DNA of 64,000 nucleotides from a virus, in IMG/VR virus record IMGVR_UViG_3300036766_001014, positions 1-64,000 of that record; one strand, written 5' to 3'. The position numbers and the translations under genes are program-made. A model generated the notes under the pieces. That model searched no databases. It saw nothing but the letters and a program-made list of their open reading frames with translations, and was not told the origin of the DNA. Each line of letters starts with the position of its first letter. Position 1 is the first letter of the stretch. Below, piece after piece: positions 8,602-18,024 of the stretch.

Positions 8602-8831
8602 GTCGTTCCCTTTGTTCGGCTAGAGACGTGATTGGGCCAGCGTGCTTGGACATCCGCGACAACGCGATCGAGGTGGGCGAGATCGACTGCCTCACTCTCT
8701 GCTCTGGCGGCGCTTGTGTAGTGCTGCGACGAGCCCGTCGAGCACTGACACTCCCACGCCCCGTTGGTTTGTGCCTGCGCACACCAGCGCTTGCCGTCGC
8801 GTATAGAGAGTGGTTGGACGCGGTATTTCAT
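8598..8831 (-). CDS. hypothetical protein
   Basis: GAGGA RBS; ATGA overlap. Confidence 0.55.
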   Translation of the reverse strand: MKYRVQPLSIRDGKRWCAQAQTNGAWECQCSTGSSQHYTSAARAESEAVDLAHLDRVVADVQARWPNHVSSRTKGTT

Positions 8832-8842
8832 TGGCGCATTCC

Positions 8843-9115
8843 TCAGTCGCGGAGCTTCATGTCCCCGTCCGCCTCGTAGCTGTCAGGGTCCGCGCCGGGA
8901 CAATCCCAGCCGAACATGGACCCGGCCCGCATCGCTTGGAGCTGCGGCGGGGTGACGCCTGCCTCGGCGTTCAGACGCTCGGCGTACCGCTTGGCCAGGT
9001 CCTCGTTCGGGAACTTGATGAACGAGTAGTACCCGCTCTCGCCTCGGCGGAGCGCGATGATGTGTCCAGGCTCGGTGCCCAGGGTTGCGTAGGCGATTTC
9101 GGGAAGATGCTTCAT
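8843..9115 (-). CDS. conserved phage hypothetical protein
   Basis: RGESGYY...QAMRAGSMFGWDCPGADP motif; lies behind a promoter cassette. Confidence 0.75.
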   Translation of the reverse strand: MKHLPEIAYATLGTEPGHIIALRRGESGYYSFIKFPNEDLAKRYAERLNAEAGVTPPQLQAMRAGSMFGWDCPGADPDSYEADGDMKLRD

Positions 9116-9125
9116 GGTCGTTCTG

Positions 9126-9185
9126 TCCTTCCGCAGTCAATCTGACGTCTTATCTTGCGTTTGTCAAGAGGTCGGCGAACTCGGC
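9126..9185 (-). repeat. 60-bp promoter/RBS cassette, copy 1
   Basis: 57/60 identical to 9511-9570; minus strand TTGACA-N17-CAGATT then GGAAGGA. Confidence 0.9.
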
Positions 9186-9502
9186 TCACTGGCTGCGAGA
9201 GAGAACGACGGGGCGCGGGCCGGTGCCATCCCGCAGCAGTAATATCGCGGTCCCATCCCTCGCGTGACACAGAGGGTTTTCTTGCTCACGCGAAGCAGTT
9301 CTTTGTCGTCTGACACGACGTGGTAGTAGGCCGCTGTTTCCGAGACGACCTCGTATCTCCGCTCGGCGGTGAAATGCGGAAGGCTGGCGTAGCTCCCTGT
9401 GGAGATGCAGACCAGGGCGCCGCCAGTGCCCGGCAGCGAACCACCGCTTTTCAGAACAGCCGCCAGGCTGCTAACGGTAGGGCGCTTCATCGACACGTCC
9501 AT
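9164..9502 (-). CDS. hypothetical protein
   Basis: Lies between repeat copies; RBS in cassette. Confidence 0.6.
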   Translation of the reverse strand: MDVSMKRPTVSSLAAVLKSGGSLPGTGGALVCISTGSYASLPHFTAERRYEVVSETAAYYHVVSDDKELLRVSKKTLCVTRGMGPRYYCCGMAPARAPSFSLAASEPSSPTS

Positions 9503-9510
9503 CTGATCTC

Positions 9511-9570
9511 TCCTTCCGCAGTCAGTCTGATGGCTTATCTTGCGTTTGTCAAGAGGTCGGCGAACTCGGC
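9511..9570 (-). repeat. 60-bp promoter/RBS cassette, copy 2
   Basis: Direct repeat of 9126-9185. Confidence 0.9.
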
Positions 9571-9761
9571 GCGTCGCTGAGCGGCACCCTTGCAATATAG
9601 AGACGAGAAGCGCGCATCGAGTGAACCGCTCCCTCTGTAAAATACAGAGTGACCATCCCGGCGTCGCCATCGTCCATCGCGATGCAATGCTTCCCGTGAA
9701 GCTCATGCAGCGGTTGAAGCGTGGACGGCTGATTGATCCACGCCCTGCACGGTCTGTTCAT
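9549..9761 (-). CDS. hypothetical protein
   Basis: MNRPCRAWINQPSTLQPLH; RBS in cassette. Confidence 0.65.
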   Translation of the reverse strand: MNRPCRAWINQPSTLQPLHELHGKHCIAMDDGDAGMVTLYFTEGAVHSMRASRLYIARVPLSDAPSSPTS

Positions 9762-9770
9762 TGTGTTTGT

Positions 9771-9830
9771 TCCTTCCGCGGTCGGTTGAATGGCCGAGCT
9801 TGTGCCTGTCATGAGGTCGGCGCCTTCGCG
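9771..9830 (-). repeat. degenerate third copy of the 60-bp cassette
   Basis: Aligns without gaps: TCCTTCCGC.GTC...TGTCA.GAGGTCGGCG. Confidence 0.7.
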
Positions 9831-10087
9831 GCGGCCTTCAGAGGCATGCCCATCATGTCTGTAGTGGGCTCTTTGACTGGAACCTCGGCGTAGTAGCTAG
9901 CTTCGGTGGCGTTGCCCACGAGCATCGGCGTGTTGCCCCAGGCCCGCAGACTCACGTCCCCGGTTTTCATGACGTACATTTGGTACGCGCGACCGTCATC
10001 CATGATGACCTCTACGCACGCGCCAGGCTCATCCAGGCGGATGTCTTGATGGCCGCCTTGGGCCTTGTATATGCGTAAAGTGCTCAT
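9809..10087 (-). CDS. hypothetical protein
   Basis: ATGA overlap, MSTLRIYK. Confidence 0.6.
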   Translation of the reverse strand: MSTLRIYKAQGGHQDIRLDEPGACVEVIMDDGRAYQMYVMKTGDVSLRAWGNTPMLVGNATEASYYAEVPVKEPTTDMMGMPLKAAAKAPTS

Positions 10088-11052
10088 GAGGTCGGCGTCT
10101 CCGGGGCGTTGTAGAGAGCGTGGTATTTCGCTGGCGACGCGCCGTTGGATTCCACCCTTTCGCCTGGGCTGAGGCACGAGCGCCAGCCGCAGTATTCCAG
10201 GGCTCGATTGAGCGCCTTCGCGTCGAGGCCGAGCGCGGCCTTGAGTGTCTTGGCGGTTGCGTAGCCGCCGTTGGCCTTGAGCCACTCGAACACCCGTCGA
10301 GCATCGGCCTTCTCGATTTCGATCTTCGCGTGCTCGGCGCGAATCGAGGCCAACGACCTCACGCACCTGGTGCAGGTGACCTCGTCGGCGACCTCGCTGA
10401 TCTTGATGCCCCAGCTCTTGCTGCCGCACCAGGGCAGCCGCTTCTTGGGGTCTGGCCGGTAGTGCACCGCGGGCTTAGGAGTCGCGTACTCGTCGAGCGG
10501 CGCGAGGACCCACGCCTTGATCTTGGCGCTGCACATGGCCGCGTCGCGCTCGTACTCGGCCTTCATGAATTCTTGCCCGTGTACCGCCGAGTAGTGAGCT
10601 GACGAGTAGCTGAAGTCCAGGTCGCGGCTGTAGGAGTACGCGGTGGGCACTTCGATTGAAATGTCCTCGCCATCCAAGAGCCGCACGCCGACCGCTACCT
10701 CGGTGGTCCGATAGCTGCCGAGGCGGATATCGTACGATTTGGTGGCTACGAGGGCGGGGCGGGTGGCCAGCCGTTCCAGCTCTTTCGCGCAGGTCTTGAT
10801 TCCGCTCAGCTCGGTGAGCAGGCGCGCTGAGGTACCTGCCGCGCTGATCTCGTAGGGCGGGTAGCTCATGCCTGGGCAGTCGCCCGCGTGGAACACTCGG
10901 CCGTACTCGCCAGCTTTGCGACCACCGATCTCGCGCCAGCCGTGGCGGGTCGTGATCGCGCCTGCGTTGTCAGTCGCGTAGCTCTTGAAGCACCAGGCGC
11001 ACGTTCCGCGCAGGGTTTTCCCAGGAGGCGGCGTCGATGGTTTCTTGTCCAC
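10084..11052 (-). CDS. hypothetical protein, Zn-binding motifs, possible C-terminal HTH
   Basis: GTCAWC...HG...CPG; leaderless GTG start 6 nt after a -10 element. Confidence 0.7.
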   Translation of the reverse strand: MDKKPSTPPPGKTLRGTCAWCFKSYATDNAGAITTRHGWREIGGRKAGEYGRVFHAGDCPGMSYPPYEISAAGTSARLLTELSGIKTCAKELERLATRPALVATKSYDIRLGSYRTTEVAVGVRLLDGEDISIEVPTAYSYSRDLDFSYSSAHYSAVHGQEFMKAEYERDAAMCSAKIKAWVLAPLDEYATPKPAVHYRPDPKKRLPWCGSKSWGIKISEVADEVTCTRCVRSLASIRAEHAKIEIEKADARRVFEWLKANGGYATAKTLKAALGLDAKALNRALEYCGWRSCLSPGERVESNGASPAKYHALYNAPETPTS

Positions 11053-11058
11053 GTCATC

Positions 11059-11142
11059 AATCTAATGATGCCGGAATCGTCTGTCAAGCGGCCTGGCTCC
11101 CCAGCGGCGACTCTTGACAAACCGACTACCTACCATTAGATT
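11059..11142. promoter_or_regulatory. divergent pair of sigma70-like promoters
   Basis: Minus TTGACA-N17-TAGATT (11087-11059) and plus TTGACA-N17-TAGATT (11114-11142). Confidence 0.85.
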
Positions 11143-11151
11143 GACAGTGCA

Positions 11152-11349
11152 ATGATCAACCGCTCCCGAGAGACTGTCCCGCTGCGCGAGTCCCGCGCCG
11201 ACCGCGCCCACATGCTCGAAGCGCGCGCTCGTGACCTGGCAGAGCTGGACGGGTACCTCGCTGCGATTCGCGCGAGCGACCGGCCGGGTCGCCTGGCGGC
11301 CAAGGTGGAAGCGGACGAGAGCGGCGAGTACATGCCAAAGGCTGCTTGA
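11152..11349 (+). CDS. hypothetical protein
   Basis: Directly after promoter. Confidence 0.6.
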   Translation: MINRSRETVPLRESRADRAHMLEARARDLAELDGYLAAIRASDRPGRLAAKVEADESGEYMPKAA

Positions 11350-11374
11350 CAAACTCATGTACTGTCATTAGGAT
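11346..11374 (+). promoter_or_regulatory. sigma70-like promoter
   Basis: TTGACA-N17-TAGGAT followed by AAGGAG RBS. Confidence 0.8.
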
Positions 11375-11394
11375 GATTGTGTAAGGAGATTCCC

Positions 11395-11919
11395 ATGACT
11401 CTGAAACCCGACCTGACTCCTGCTGTCCTCGCCGCGCTCGCGGCCGAGCTGGCCAAGTCCGCCAAGGACGGGCGCACCATGTTGGACGTCGGCGAGCACT
11501 CGGTGCATGCCGAGGTGACGCTCGCGATCGACGGCAGCGTGACCGTCTCAGAGGACGAGGTCTACACGCCGACAACCTCGATTCCGCTCAAGCTCGCGCT
11601 TGCCCTGACCATCCGTTACGCGGGCATCACTGGCCCCCTGGCCATGAACGCGCTCGTCCGAGCGATGACCGAGGCGCTCACGATTGACGCGCTCACGGGC
11701 AAGGCCAAGAAAACGGCCGAGGCCGCCATCAGCGAGCTGGCCGACCTCGACGCGGCTGAGGCGAAGGTGCTCGCCGGTCTCGCCGAGCTGCCGAAGAAGG
11801 CCCGCATGGGCAAGGTCAAGGTCGTCGCCAAGGTCGAGGTTCTCGCCGCCAGCGGGGACGCCCTGGTCGCCATCGCCAACGATGCCGCCGCGGCGTCTGA
11901 GGATTCGGAGGTCGCATGA
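11395..11919 (+). CDS. hypothetical protein
   Basis: Strong RBS and codon bias. Confidence 0.75.
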   Translation: MTLKPDLTPAVLAALAAELAKSAKDGRTMLDVGEHSVHAEVTLAIDGSVTVSEDEVYTPTTSIPLKLALALTIRYAGITGPLAMNALVRAMTEALTIDALTGKAKKTAEAAISELADLDAAEAKVLAGLAELPKKARMGKVKVVAKVEVLAASGDALVAIANDAAAASEDSEVA

Positions 11920-12236
11920 ACAGCGTGAAATCCAGCATCAAGAAGATGAAGCGCGACCCTCGCCTGGCAGATGCCCTGGCAACGGCTCGACGGACTGGAA
12001 GCGAGGCTTTCCACGCGGGCAAGATGCGCGTGCCAGCCATGGACCCGGCCGTGATGAAGCTGCTGGAGTTCTCCTGTGGCTTCGACGCCAGCGAGAAGAC
12101 GAGCGTGGTCATCGTCCTCTTGGACGCATGGCTCGCAGGCTGGACCGTTTCCAACCTGGCAGCGCCTGTGGATGGCATCATGGGCGCCAGGTCTGCGGCA
12201 ATCGCAGCGTCAAACGATTTGAAGGAGACTGCATGA
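11916..12236 (+). CDS. hypothetical protein
   Basis: GGAGG RBS, ATGA overlap. Confidence 0.65.
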   Translation: MNSVKSSIKKMKRDPRLADALATARRTGSEAFHAGKMRVPAMDPAVMKLLEFSCGFDASEKTSVVIVLLDAWLAGWTVSNLAAPVDGIMGARSAAIAASNDLKETA

Positions 12237-12454
12237 ACTACGACGAAATCAAGCGCGCGCTCGGTCGCGCAGACCGGCTCATCTCGGACAAGCGCTACGC
12301 CGAGGCTCACGAGCTGATCGCGGGGCTCCTCGCGAACGAGGGCCTGACGGTCAATGACATGCACGCCTCTGGGCGGATTCATCCAGGCAACATGAAAGCG
12401 ATGAGCGCCTGGGCTCGGCGCAACGGCAAAGGAAAGGTGGACGGTCCCTCATGA
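12233..12454 (+). CDS. hypothetical protein
   Basis: AAGGAG RBS, ATGA overlap. Confidence 0.65.
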   Translation: MNYDEIKRALGRADRLISDKRYAEAHELIAGLLANEGLTVNDMHASGRIHPGNMKAMSAWARRNGKGKVDGPS

Positions 12455-12819
12455 TTACTCGAACAGCACACCTGGACGCGATGTCGGACGCCGACAACCA
12501 GTCGGCGAGGGATGCCCTTCATCGCGCGTACTACGCGCAGTTCGTCACGCCCGTGATTCGCAATCGCGTGGTCAAAGCAATCGGCATCGACCGGTTGTGC
12601 GCCGAGTTCCGGCGCGACGAGCACCTCAACGGTATCGAGCTGAAGGTCTGGGACTCGTTGACCACAACGGCCTCGCTCATGTCCAACAAACTCATGCGCG
12701 ACCGCGGCGACTACCCCACGACCGCGGGCCTCGTCTGCGTGCTCAAGGAAGCCGCGCGCCAGGCGATCGAGGAGCACGACTTCTCGTCGATGGTCGAGCA
12801 CAACGGAGCCAAGCCGTGA
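12451..12819 (+). CDS. hypothetical phage protein
   Basis: HRAYYAQFVT...HLNGIELKVWD...VCVLKEAAR. Confidence 0.7.
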   Translation: MITRTAHLDAMSDADNQSARDALHRAYYAQFVTPVIRNRVVKAIGIDRLCAEFRRDEHLNGIELKVWDSLTTTASLMSNKLMRDRGDYPTTAGLVCVLKEAARQAIEEHDFSSMVEHNGAKP

Positions 12820-13085
12820 GCGACAAGCCCAAGCTCGCGGACAGGCGGCCGGGAATGGACAGGCAGCTGGGAATCGCCATTGCTGCATTGGAGGCGATTC
12901 GCGATCGAAACTGCCCGCCCGGATGCACGGACCCTGGTCCGTGGGATCAGCACGATCATCCGCGCGCCGAGATCATGGCTCGTGACGCGCTTCGCGAAAT
13001 CACGGGGCGCATCGAGCCCGAGTCCGTTTGGGGCGATGGCACCGGCGGCCCGGCCAGTCACGCCCGCGGGAGAAAACACGCATGA
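12816..13085 (+). CDS. hypothetical protein
   Basis: GTGA overlap. Confidence 0.5.
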   Translation: MSDKPKLADRRPGMDRQLGIAIAALEAIRDRNCPPGCTDPGPWDQHDHPRAEIMARDALREITGRIEPESVWGDGTGGPASHARGRKHA

Positions 13086-14575
13086 CCGCCAAGCCCATGT
13101 TCGAGGTTGATCGTCACGGCCTGGCGCAGATTCTTGCGCGACGTGGCGTCGAGTTCGCGGTGCTGGAGCTGATCCAGAACGCGCTCGATGAAAGCGGCGT
13201 CACGCGCGTGGCCGTCCAGGTGCGCCCAAGCGACGTGCGCGGCCATCAGATCATTGCCGTCACAGACGACGCCCCGGCCGGGTTCGGCAATCTCAGCCAC
13301 GCATACACGCTGTTCGCGCCGAGCCAAAAGAAAGCGAACCCGGAGCAACGTGGCCGGTTCAATCTTGGAGAGAAGCTGGTGATCGCTTGCAGTCGCTCGG
13401 CTCGCGTCACGACCACCACTGGCAGCGTGATCTTCCGAGGCTCAGAGCGCACGTCGAGTCGCGACCGCACGGAAGTGGGCTCGATCGTCGAGGTCGAGAT
13501 CAAGATGTGCCAGGCCGAGGTCGATGCCACTCTGGCGGCAATCCGGTCTGTGCTGTGTCCGCCCACAATCGAACTCTCGTGCAACGGCACGGCGCTCGCG
13601 GCTCGGCAAGCGTTGCGGTCGAAGACCATCAGCTTGCCCACGGAGCGCGCCGACAGCGACGGGTATCTGCGCGCCACGACGCGCGCCACGACGCTGTCGG
13701 TCTATGCGCCGGTCGGCGACGAGGTCCCGACGCTCTACGAGATGGGTATTCCGGTGGTTGCGCTCGACTGCGCCTGGCACGTGGACATCGCGCAGAAAAT
13801 CCCGCTCAACATGGACCGGGACAATGTCACGCCAGCGTATCGCCGGGCCGTGCTGACCGCGGTCGTGAACCTCATGCACGAGGAGCTGGCCAAGGACGAC
13901 GCCTCAGCTCCGTGGGTCGGCGAGGCATTGGCCTCGGCAGACCTCTTACCCGAGGCGGTCGATTCGGTGCTCACGGCGCGCTACGGCGCCAAGCGCGTGA
14001 TCGCGGATCCGAGCGACCCGGAGGGCACAAAGCTCGCGGTCAGCAAGGGCTACAACGTCATCCAGGCGGGAAGCTTCAACAGGGCTCAGTGGGCCACTAT
14101 TCGGTCGAGCGGGACCGTGCTGCCAGCGGGACAGGTCACACCGAGCCCGAAGCCATGGAGCAATGATCCTGATGCGCCCACGGCCAAGCGCATCGAGCGG
14201 GCCGACTGGACCGCAGGCATGGCGGCGGTGGCGGCCTACGTCGAGGCGGTCGGCGCGCGCCTGGTTCGGCCTGGCATCCGCGTGGAGTTTTACTCGACCA
14301 CCAACCCGTTCGCGGCCGCCTTCGGAGGTCTGATCTTCCAGTTCAACGCGAAGCACCTCGGGCGAGGCTATTTCGAGCGCGCGCTCGTTAGCGACTTCGA
14401 CTTCGACGACCTGAACCGCTTGGTGATCCACGAGTTGGGGCACTACTACAGCCTCGACCACCTCAGCGAGCGCTACCACGACGCTCTGTGCAAGCTGGGG
14501 GCGAAGCTCGCGCGCATTGCCCTCGACGAGCCAGGGTTCTTTGCCGAGCACCGCGCAACCAAAGCGATGGGGTAA
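13082..14575 (+). CDS. GHKL ATPase fused to C-terminal HExxH metallopeptidase-like domain
   Basis: ELIQNALDE, DDAPAGF, RGRFNLGEK, VIHELGH. Confidence 0.8.
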   Translation: MTAKPMFEVDRHGLAQILARRGVEFAVLELIQNALDESGVTRVAVQVRPSDVRGHQIIAVTDDAPAGFGNLSHAYTLFAPSQKKANPEQRGRFNLGEKLVIACSRSARVTTTTGSVIFRGSERTSSRDRTEVGSIVEVEIKMCQAEVDATLAAIRSVLCPPTIELSCNGTALAARQALRSKTISLPTERADSDGYLRATTRATTLSVYAPVGDEVPTLYEMGIPVVALDCAWHVDIAQKIPLNMDRDNVTPAYRRAVLTAVVNLMHEELAKDDASAPWVGEALASADLLPEAVDSVLTARYGAKRVIADPSDPEGTKLAVSKGYNVIQAGSFNRAQWATIRSSGTVLPAGQVTPSPKPWSNDPDAPTAKRIERADWTAGMAAVAAYVEAVGARLVRPGIRVEFYSTTNPFAAAFGGLIFQFNAKHLGRGYFERALVSDFDFDDLNRLVIHELGHYYSLDHLSERYHDALCKLGAKLARIALDEPGFFAEHRATKAMG

Positions 14576-14620
14576 CAAAGATTCGCGCAGCATGCTAAGT
14601 TTACAGAAAGGATGTAACAC

Positions 14621-15991
14621 ATGACATCACGATGGGCGGGGTTGGTGGTTTTTGTGATCGGGTGCGCGGCTCCGGACCCGGCTCCGAAAGATGCGCTCAT
14701 GGCCGAGTCCTTCGGTGATTCTGGCGTAGCGGCGACGGACTCAGGACGGCCTGACGCGGGGCCCGGCGACGCTGGCGGCATCGCGTCTGACGACGGCGTG
14801 GCGGGCGACCCCGGAGGAGGCGGCCGGGGCAACGGGGCGGCGGGATTTGGTGGCTCGACTGGCTTGGCCGGTAGCACCGGCGGAAGCGTTGGAGCAGGCG
14901 GCACTGGCGGAAGCGTTGGAGCAGGCGGCACTGGCGGAAGCGGTGGAGCAGGCGGCACTGGCGGAAGCGGTGGAACTGGCGGCACTGGCGGAAGCGGTGG
15001 AACTGGCGGCACTGGCGGCACTGGCGGAAGCGGTGGAACTGGTGGCACTGGCGGCACTGGCGGAAGCGGTGGAACTGGTGGCACTGGCGGCACTGGCGGA
15101 AGCGGTGGAACTGGCGGCACTGGCGGAAGCGGCTCAGCTGGCTCGGGCGGCGGCAGCAATCCCGCGTGCACCAGCTCCGCCGACTGCGACGACGGCGACA
15201 TGTGCAACATCGAATCCTGCGTCGGCGGGATCTGTCAGCAGGCCGTCGCTCCCGTCATCAGCGTCTGCGGCGACGGCAACGTCTGCACCAAGGACCAATG
15301 CGCGAACGGCGCGTGCAGTTATCCGCCGGATATCGACGGCCCAAAGCCTGGCGGCGTCTGCCATTCGGGCCAGCTTTGCCAAGCCTGTTGGGACGGGATC
15401 GCGTGCCGAAGCGGCACATCGGTTGCCGCGTGCGGATACGGTGGCGCGGCGTGTTCAAGCTGTGATGACGGCAACGACTGCACGGTCGATACTTGCCCCG
15501 TTGTCGGTAACGGCGGGTCCTGTGCGCACAGCAATGCGGCCTCGTGGACCACGTGCGTGGACGTCGGCGCGCAGAACGAGCAGTGCTATGGCGGTAGTTG
15601 CTTGCCCGTTGGACAGGCTGGTCAACGATGCCGCAATGGCACCACGTGCGACGGCGTGGGCCTCGTCTGCAACAATCCTGGCCCGAACGGTCTTTGCCAA
15701 CCCTGCGGCGATCAGAGCGAGCTGTGCTGCGGCGGCGCGCAGAAGTGCAGCTCAGCTGACCTCATCTGCTCTAGCAATCGTTGCGCGGCATGTGGCGGAA
15801 GAAATCAGCCGTGCTGCGCGGGCAGCACCTGCGACAAGCTGTCTGACGGGATCACGATCGCCGCCTGCATCAGCGGAATCTGCAAGTGCGGCGCAGCGGG
15901 ACAACCGTGCTGCGAAGTCGTGGCCGGGAGTCGATTCTGCGATACCGGCAACTCGTGCAACCTCGGCTCGTTTACATGCGTGAAGCTATGA
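14621..15991 (+). CDS. myxobacterial-type Gly-rich/Cys-rich lipoprotein
   Basis: Signal with lipobox VIG-C, GGTGGS linker, CDDGNDCTVDTC and CGxxxQPCC repeats. Confidence 0.85.
   Translation: MTSRWAGLVVFVIGCAAPDPAPKDALMAESFGDSGVAATDSGRPDAGPGDAGGIASDDGVAGDPGGGGRGNGAAGFGGSTGLAGSTGGSVGAGGTGGSVGAGGTGGSGGAGGTGGSGGTGGTGGSGGTGGTGGTGGSGGTGGTGGTGGSGGTGGTGGTGGSGGTGGTGGSGSAGSGGGSNPACTSSADCDDGDMCNIESCVGGICQQAVAPVISVCGDGNVCTKDQCANGACSYPPDIDGPKPGGVCHSGQLCQACWDGIACRSGTSVAACGYGGAACSSCDDGNDCTVDTCPVVGNGGSCAHSNAASWTTCVDVGAQNEQCYGGSCLPVGQAGQRCRNGTTCDGVGLVCNNPGPNGLCQPCGDQSELCCGGAQKCSSADLICSSNRCAACGGRNQPCCAGSTCDKLSDGITIAACISGICKCGAAGQPCCEVVAGSRFCDTGNSCNLGSFTCVKL
14877..15131 (+). repeat. coding tandem repeat (9-bp GGCGGCACT/GGCGGAAGC/GGTGGAACT units)
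   Basis: Encodes (GGT/GGS)n linker. Confidence 0.9.
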
Positions 15992-16090
15992 GGTTGACAA
16001 ACGCTTACGATTGAGTAAGCGTACGCAGGCCACGGGCGCTTCACCGGGCATATTCAGAGCCCTGGACGCTCCCATCATCGTGACTGCACA

Positions 16091-16732
16091 ATGAATCAAT
16101 CTGTTCCAGCAATACCAGTTGTGACACCGGCGTCGGCCGTTGCACTGTTCAAACACCTGGAGGCCCAGGGCCGATCCAAGGGCGGCGTGGGGCAGCTCAC
16201 GCACATGCTCATCCGCGCGCTCGAACGCGCATGGGAGACCTCCGAGGCCAAGCGCTTCTCGGACCAGGATGGCGGCGGGTGGTTCGTCGATCTCTCCGAC
16301 TACTGCGACGGCGAGATGCTGTACGGGGTGGTGCGGAGCGGACCCGGCGGAAGCCGCACGCTTGACACAGTGGTGGACGCCGACACGATCGAGTCGTGGC
16401 AGCGCGGGAAGCCAGGCGCTCTCGCCGCGAGCTTGCCTGATGAGACGTCCGCAAGCGGGCCCGCCCGCTCCCATCCTCGCGAGGACGAGGGTCTTCGCGA
16501 AGACACGAAGCCAAGGTCGAGCCCGCTCGACCCGATGCTGGTGGTGATCGCTGTCCCTGAGTCCGCGTCAGGGCACGCCCCGCACGAGAAGATTATGCGA
16601 TGCACCAGGGCCGAAGCACCCGGACTGATCGCGAAGCTTCTTCGCCTGGGACTCAATGGAACTCCGTTGGCCGAGGACCAGATCGAAATCTGGTCGGCAA
16701 TGTCGAAACCGAAGTTGGAGATCACATTCTGA
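16091..16732 (+). CDS. hypothetical protein
   Basis: ORF after TTGACAAAC at 15994. Confidence 0.7.
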   Translation: MNQSVPAIPVVTPASAVALFKHLEAQGRSKGGVGQLTHMLIRALERAWETSEAKRFSDQDGGGWFVDLSDYCDGEMLYGVVRSGPGGSRTLDTVVDADTIESWQRGKPGALAASLPDETSASGPARSHPREDEGLREDTKPRSSPLDPMLVVIAVPESASGHAPHEKIMRCTRAEAPGLIAKLLRLGLNGTPLAEDQIEIWSAMSKPKLEITF

Positions 16733-16746
16733 GAAGGAGAAGCAGC

Positions 16747-16947
16747 ATGAAAGTCGAACGAATTGGGACGACGGTTGAGCATTCCGCAGGGGTCGTGCTC
16801 ACCAACGCGCGCTTCAGGTGCACGCACTGTGGGCAGTGGAAACCGGCCAGCATGTTCGGTTTGCGCAAGATGGCGGACGGCCTGATTCGCAATCAGGCCC
16901 AGTGCAAGCCGTGCCGCAATCGGCTCGTGAAGGCGACCGGTGGCTGA
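16747..16947 (+). CDS. small Zn-binding protein
   Basis: CTHCGQWKP..F...QCKPC; AAGGAG RBS. Confidence 0.7.
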   Translation: MKVERIGTTVEHSAGVVLTNARFRCTHCGQWKPASMFGLRKMADGLIRNQAQCKPCRNRLVKATGG

Positions 16948-17296
16948 CCGCCGGATTGACTGGCGAGCATTCCTTGATCGACTGAAGTTCTGCTACGGAT
17001 GCGGACGATTCGGGCTGCCCACCGGCAACCGTGTGCCCGCAAACTGGAAGGTGCTTTATCAGCCGCATCAGGATGCGCCGCCAGCTCTCCTCGTCTGCTC
17101 GTCGGCATGTTCCGAGGAGGTTCGGGGCGCAATCGCAAAGGGACCGGTACGACAGCCGCTGCGCGTCGCGACCGACGTCATGATGCCAGCCGAGCTACGC
17201 GAGACCATGATCTCGGAGGCAATGCAGCATGCTATCGACTCCGGGCGAGCCGATGACTTGTTTCTGGCCGCGCTGGATGATGACGACGAGGGGTAA
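16940..17296 (+). CDS. hypothetical protein
   Basis: CYGC...CSSAC. Confidence 0.6.
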   Translation: MADRRIDWRAFLDRLKFCYGCGRFGLPTGNRVPANWKVLYQPHQDAPPALLVCSSACSEEVRGAIAKGPVRQPLRVATDVMMPAELRETMISEAMQHAIDSGRADDLFLAALDDDDEG

Positions 17297-17328
17297 GCGG
17301 TGGCACTATGCCGCCAGGGAGACCAGGA

Positions 17329-18024
17329 ATGTCCGAGGCCGAAATTCATCAACTGACGAGCACGGGGTCGCCGCCAATCGCAACGATCCCCACGCGAGAG
17401 CGCCTGGGCGTATTGATGGCCAGGTATCGCACGGCCGCGGGCATGACCTCGGCCGATCTGGCCGAGCGCCTGGGCGTGTCCGAGGCCATCGTGCTCGACG
17501 TCGAACGGCATCAGCTCACCATGTCGGCCGGGATGCTCCAGTCGGCGGCGGCGGCAATGGGCGTCCGGTACGAGCCGCTGCTCGACGCCGCGCGAGACTG
17601 GCATCGGGCCGTGTGGGCAGAGAACGGACGGGCGCAAGGGGTGCAGCTGGAGTCTATGACGACCTCGACGCGGCCCCTCGGCGCCCGCGAGCGCGAGCTG
17701 GAGAACGCGCTGGAGCTGGAGCTGATTCAGTGCTCGGACGAGTTGGTGTTCTTGGGCAATGTGCTGCGCGAGGCATCCATCAAGGCCGAGGCCGCAGCCG
17801 TGCGCTCGCGCGAACTACTGGCCGCCCGTGGCGTCGAAGTGCCGGGCGTCGAACCGCTGGACGGTCCCACCGAGGTCGTGTGTGATGGGCCTCGGCACGG
17901 CGTGACCGCGCGCCACATGGTGCGAGGCCGTGACTTGGTGATCGTCTACCAGAGCGACGGCGGCGGCGACCGGAACTATTTCTGCTCTCATCGGTGCGGC
18001 CAGGAATGGGCGAACAGCCGATGA
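17329..18024 (+). CDS. XRE-type HTH protein
   Basis: YRTAAGMTSADLAERLGVSEAIVLDVE. Confidence 0.75.
   Translation: MSEAEIHQLTSTGSPPIATIPTRERLGVLMARYRTAAGMTSADLAERLGVSEAIVLDVERHQLTMSAGMLQSAAAAMGVRYEPLLDAARDWHRAVWAENGRAQGVQLESMTTSTRPLGARERELENALELELIQCSDELVFLGNVLREASIKAEAAAVRSRELLAARGVEVPGVEPLDGPTEVVCDGPRHGVTARHMVRGRDLVIVYQSDGGGDRNYFCSHRCGQEWANSR

Noticed and set aside
9126-9830. 60-bp repeats as CRISPR or attC sites
   Set aside because: The spacers are whole genes of unequal length, and the repeats are non-palindromic promoter/RBS units.
14877-15131. Tandem repeats as a possible CRISPR array
   Set aside because: They are 9-bp in-frame units with no unique spacers and encode a Gly-rich linker.
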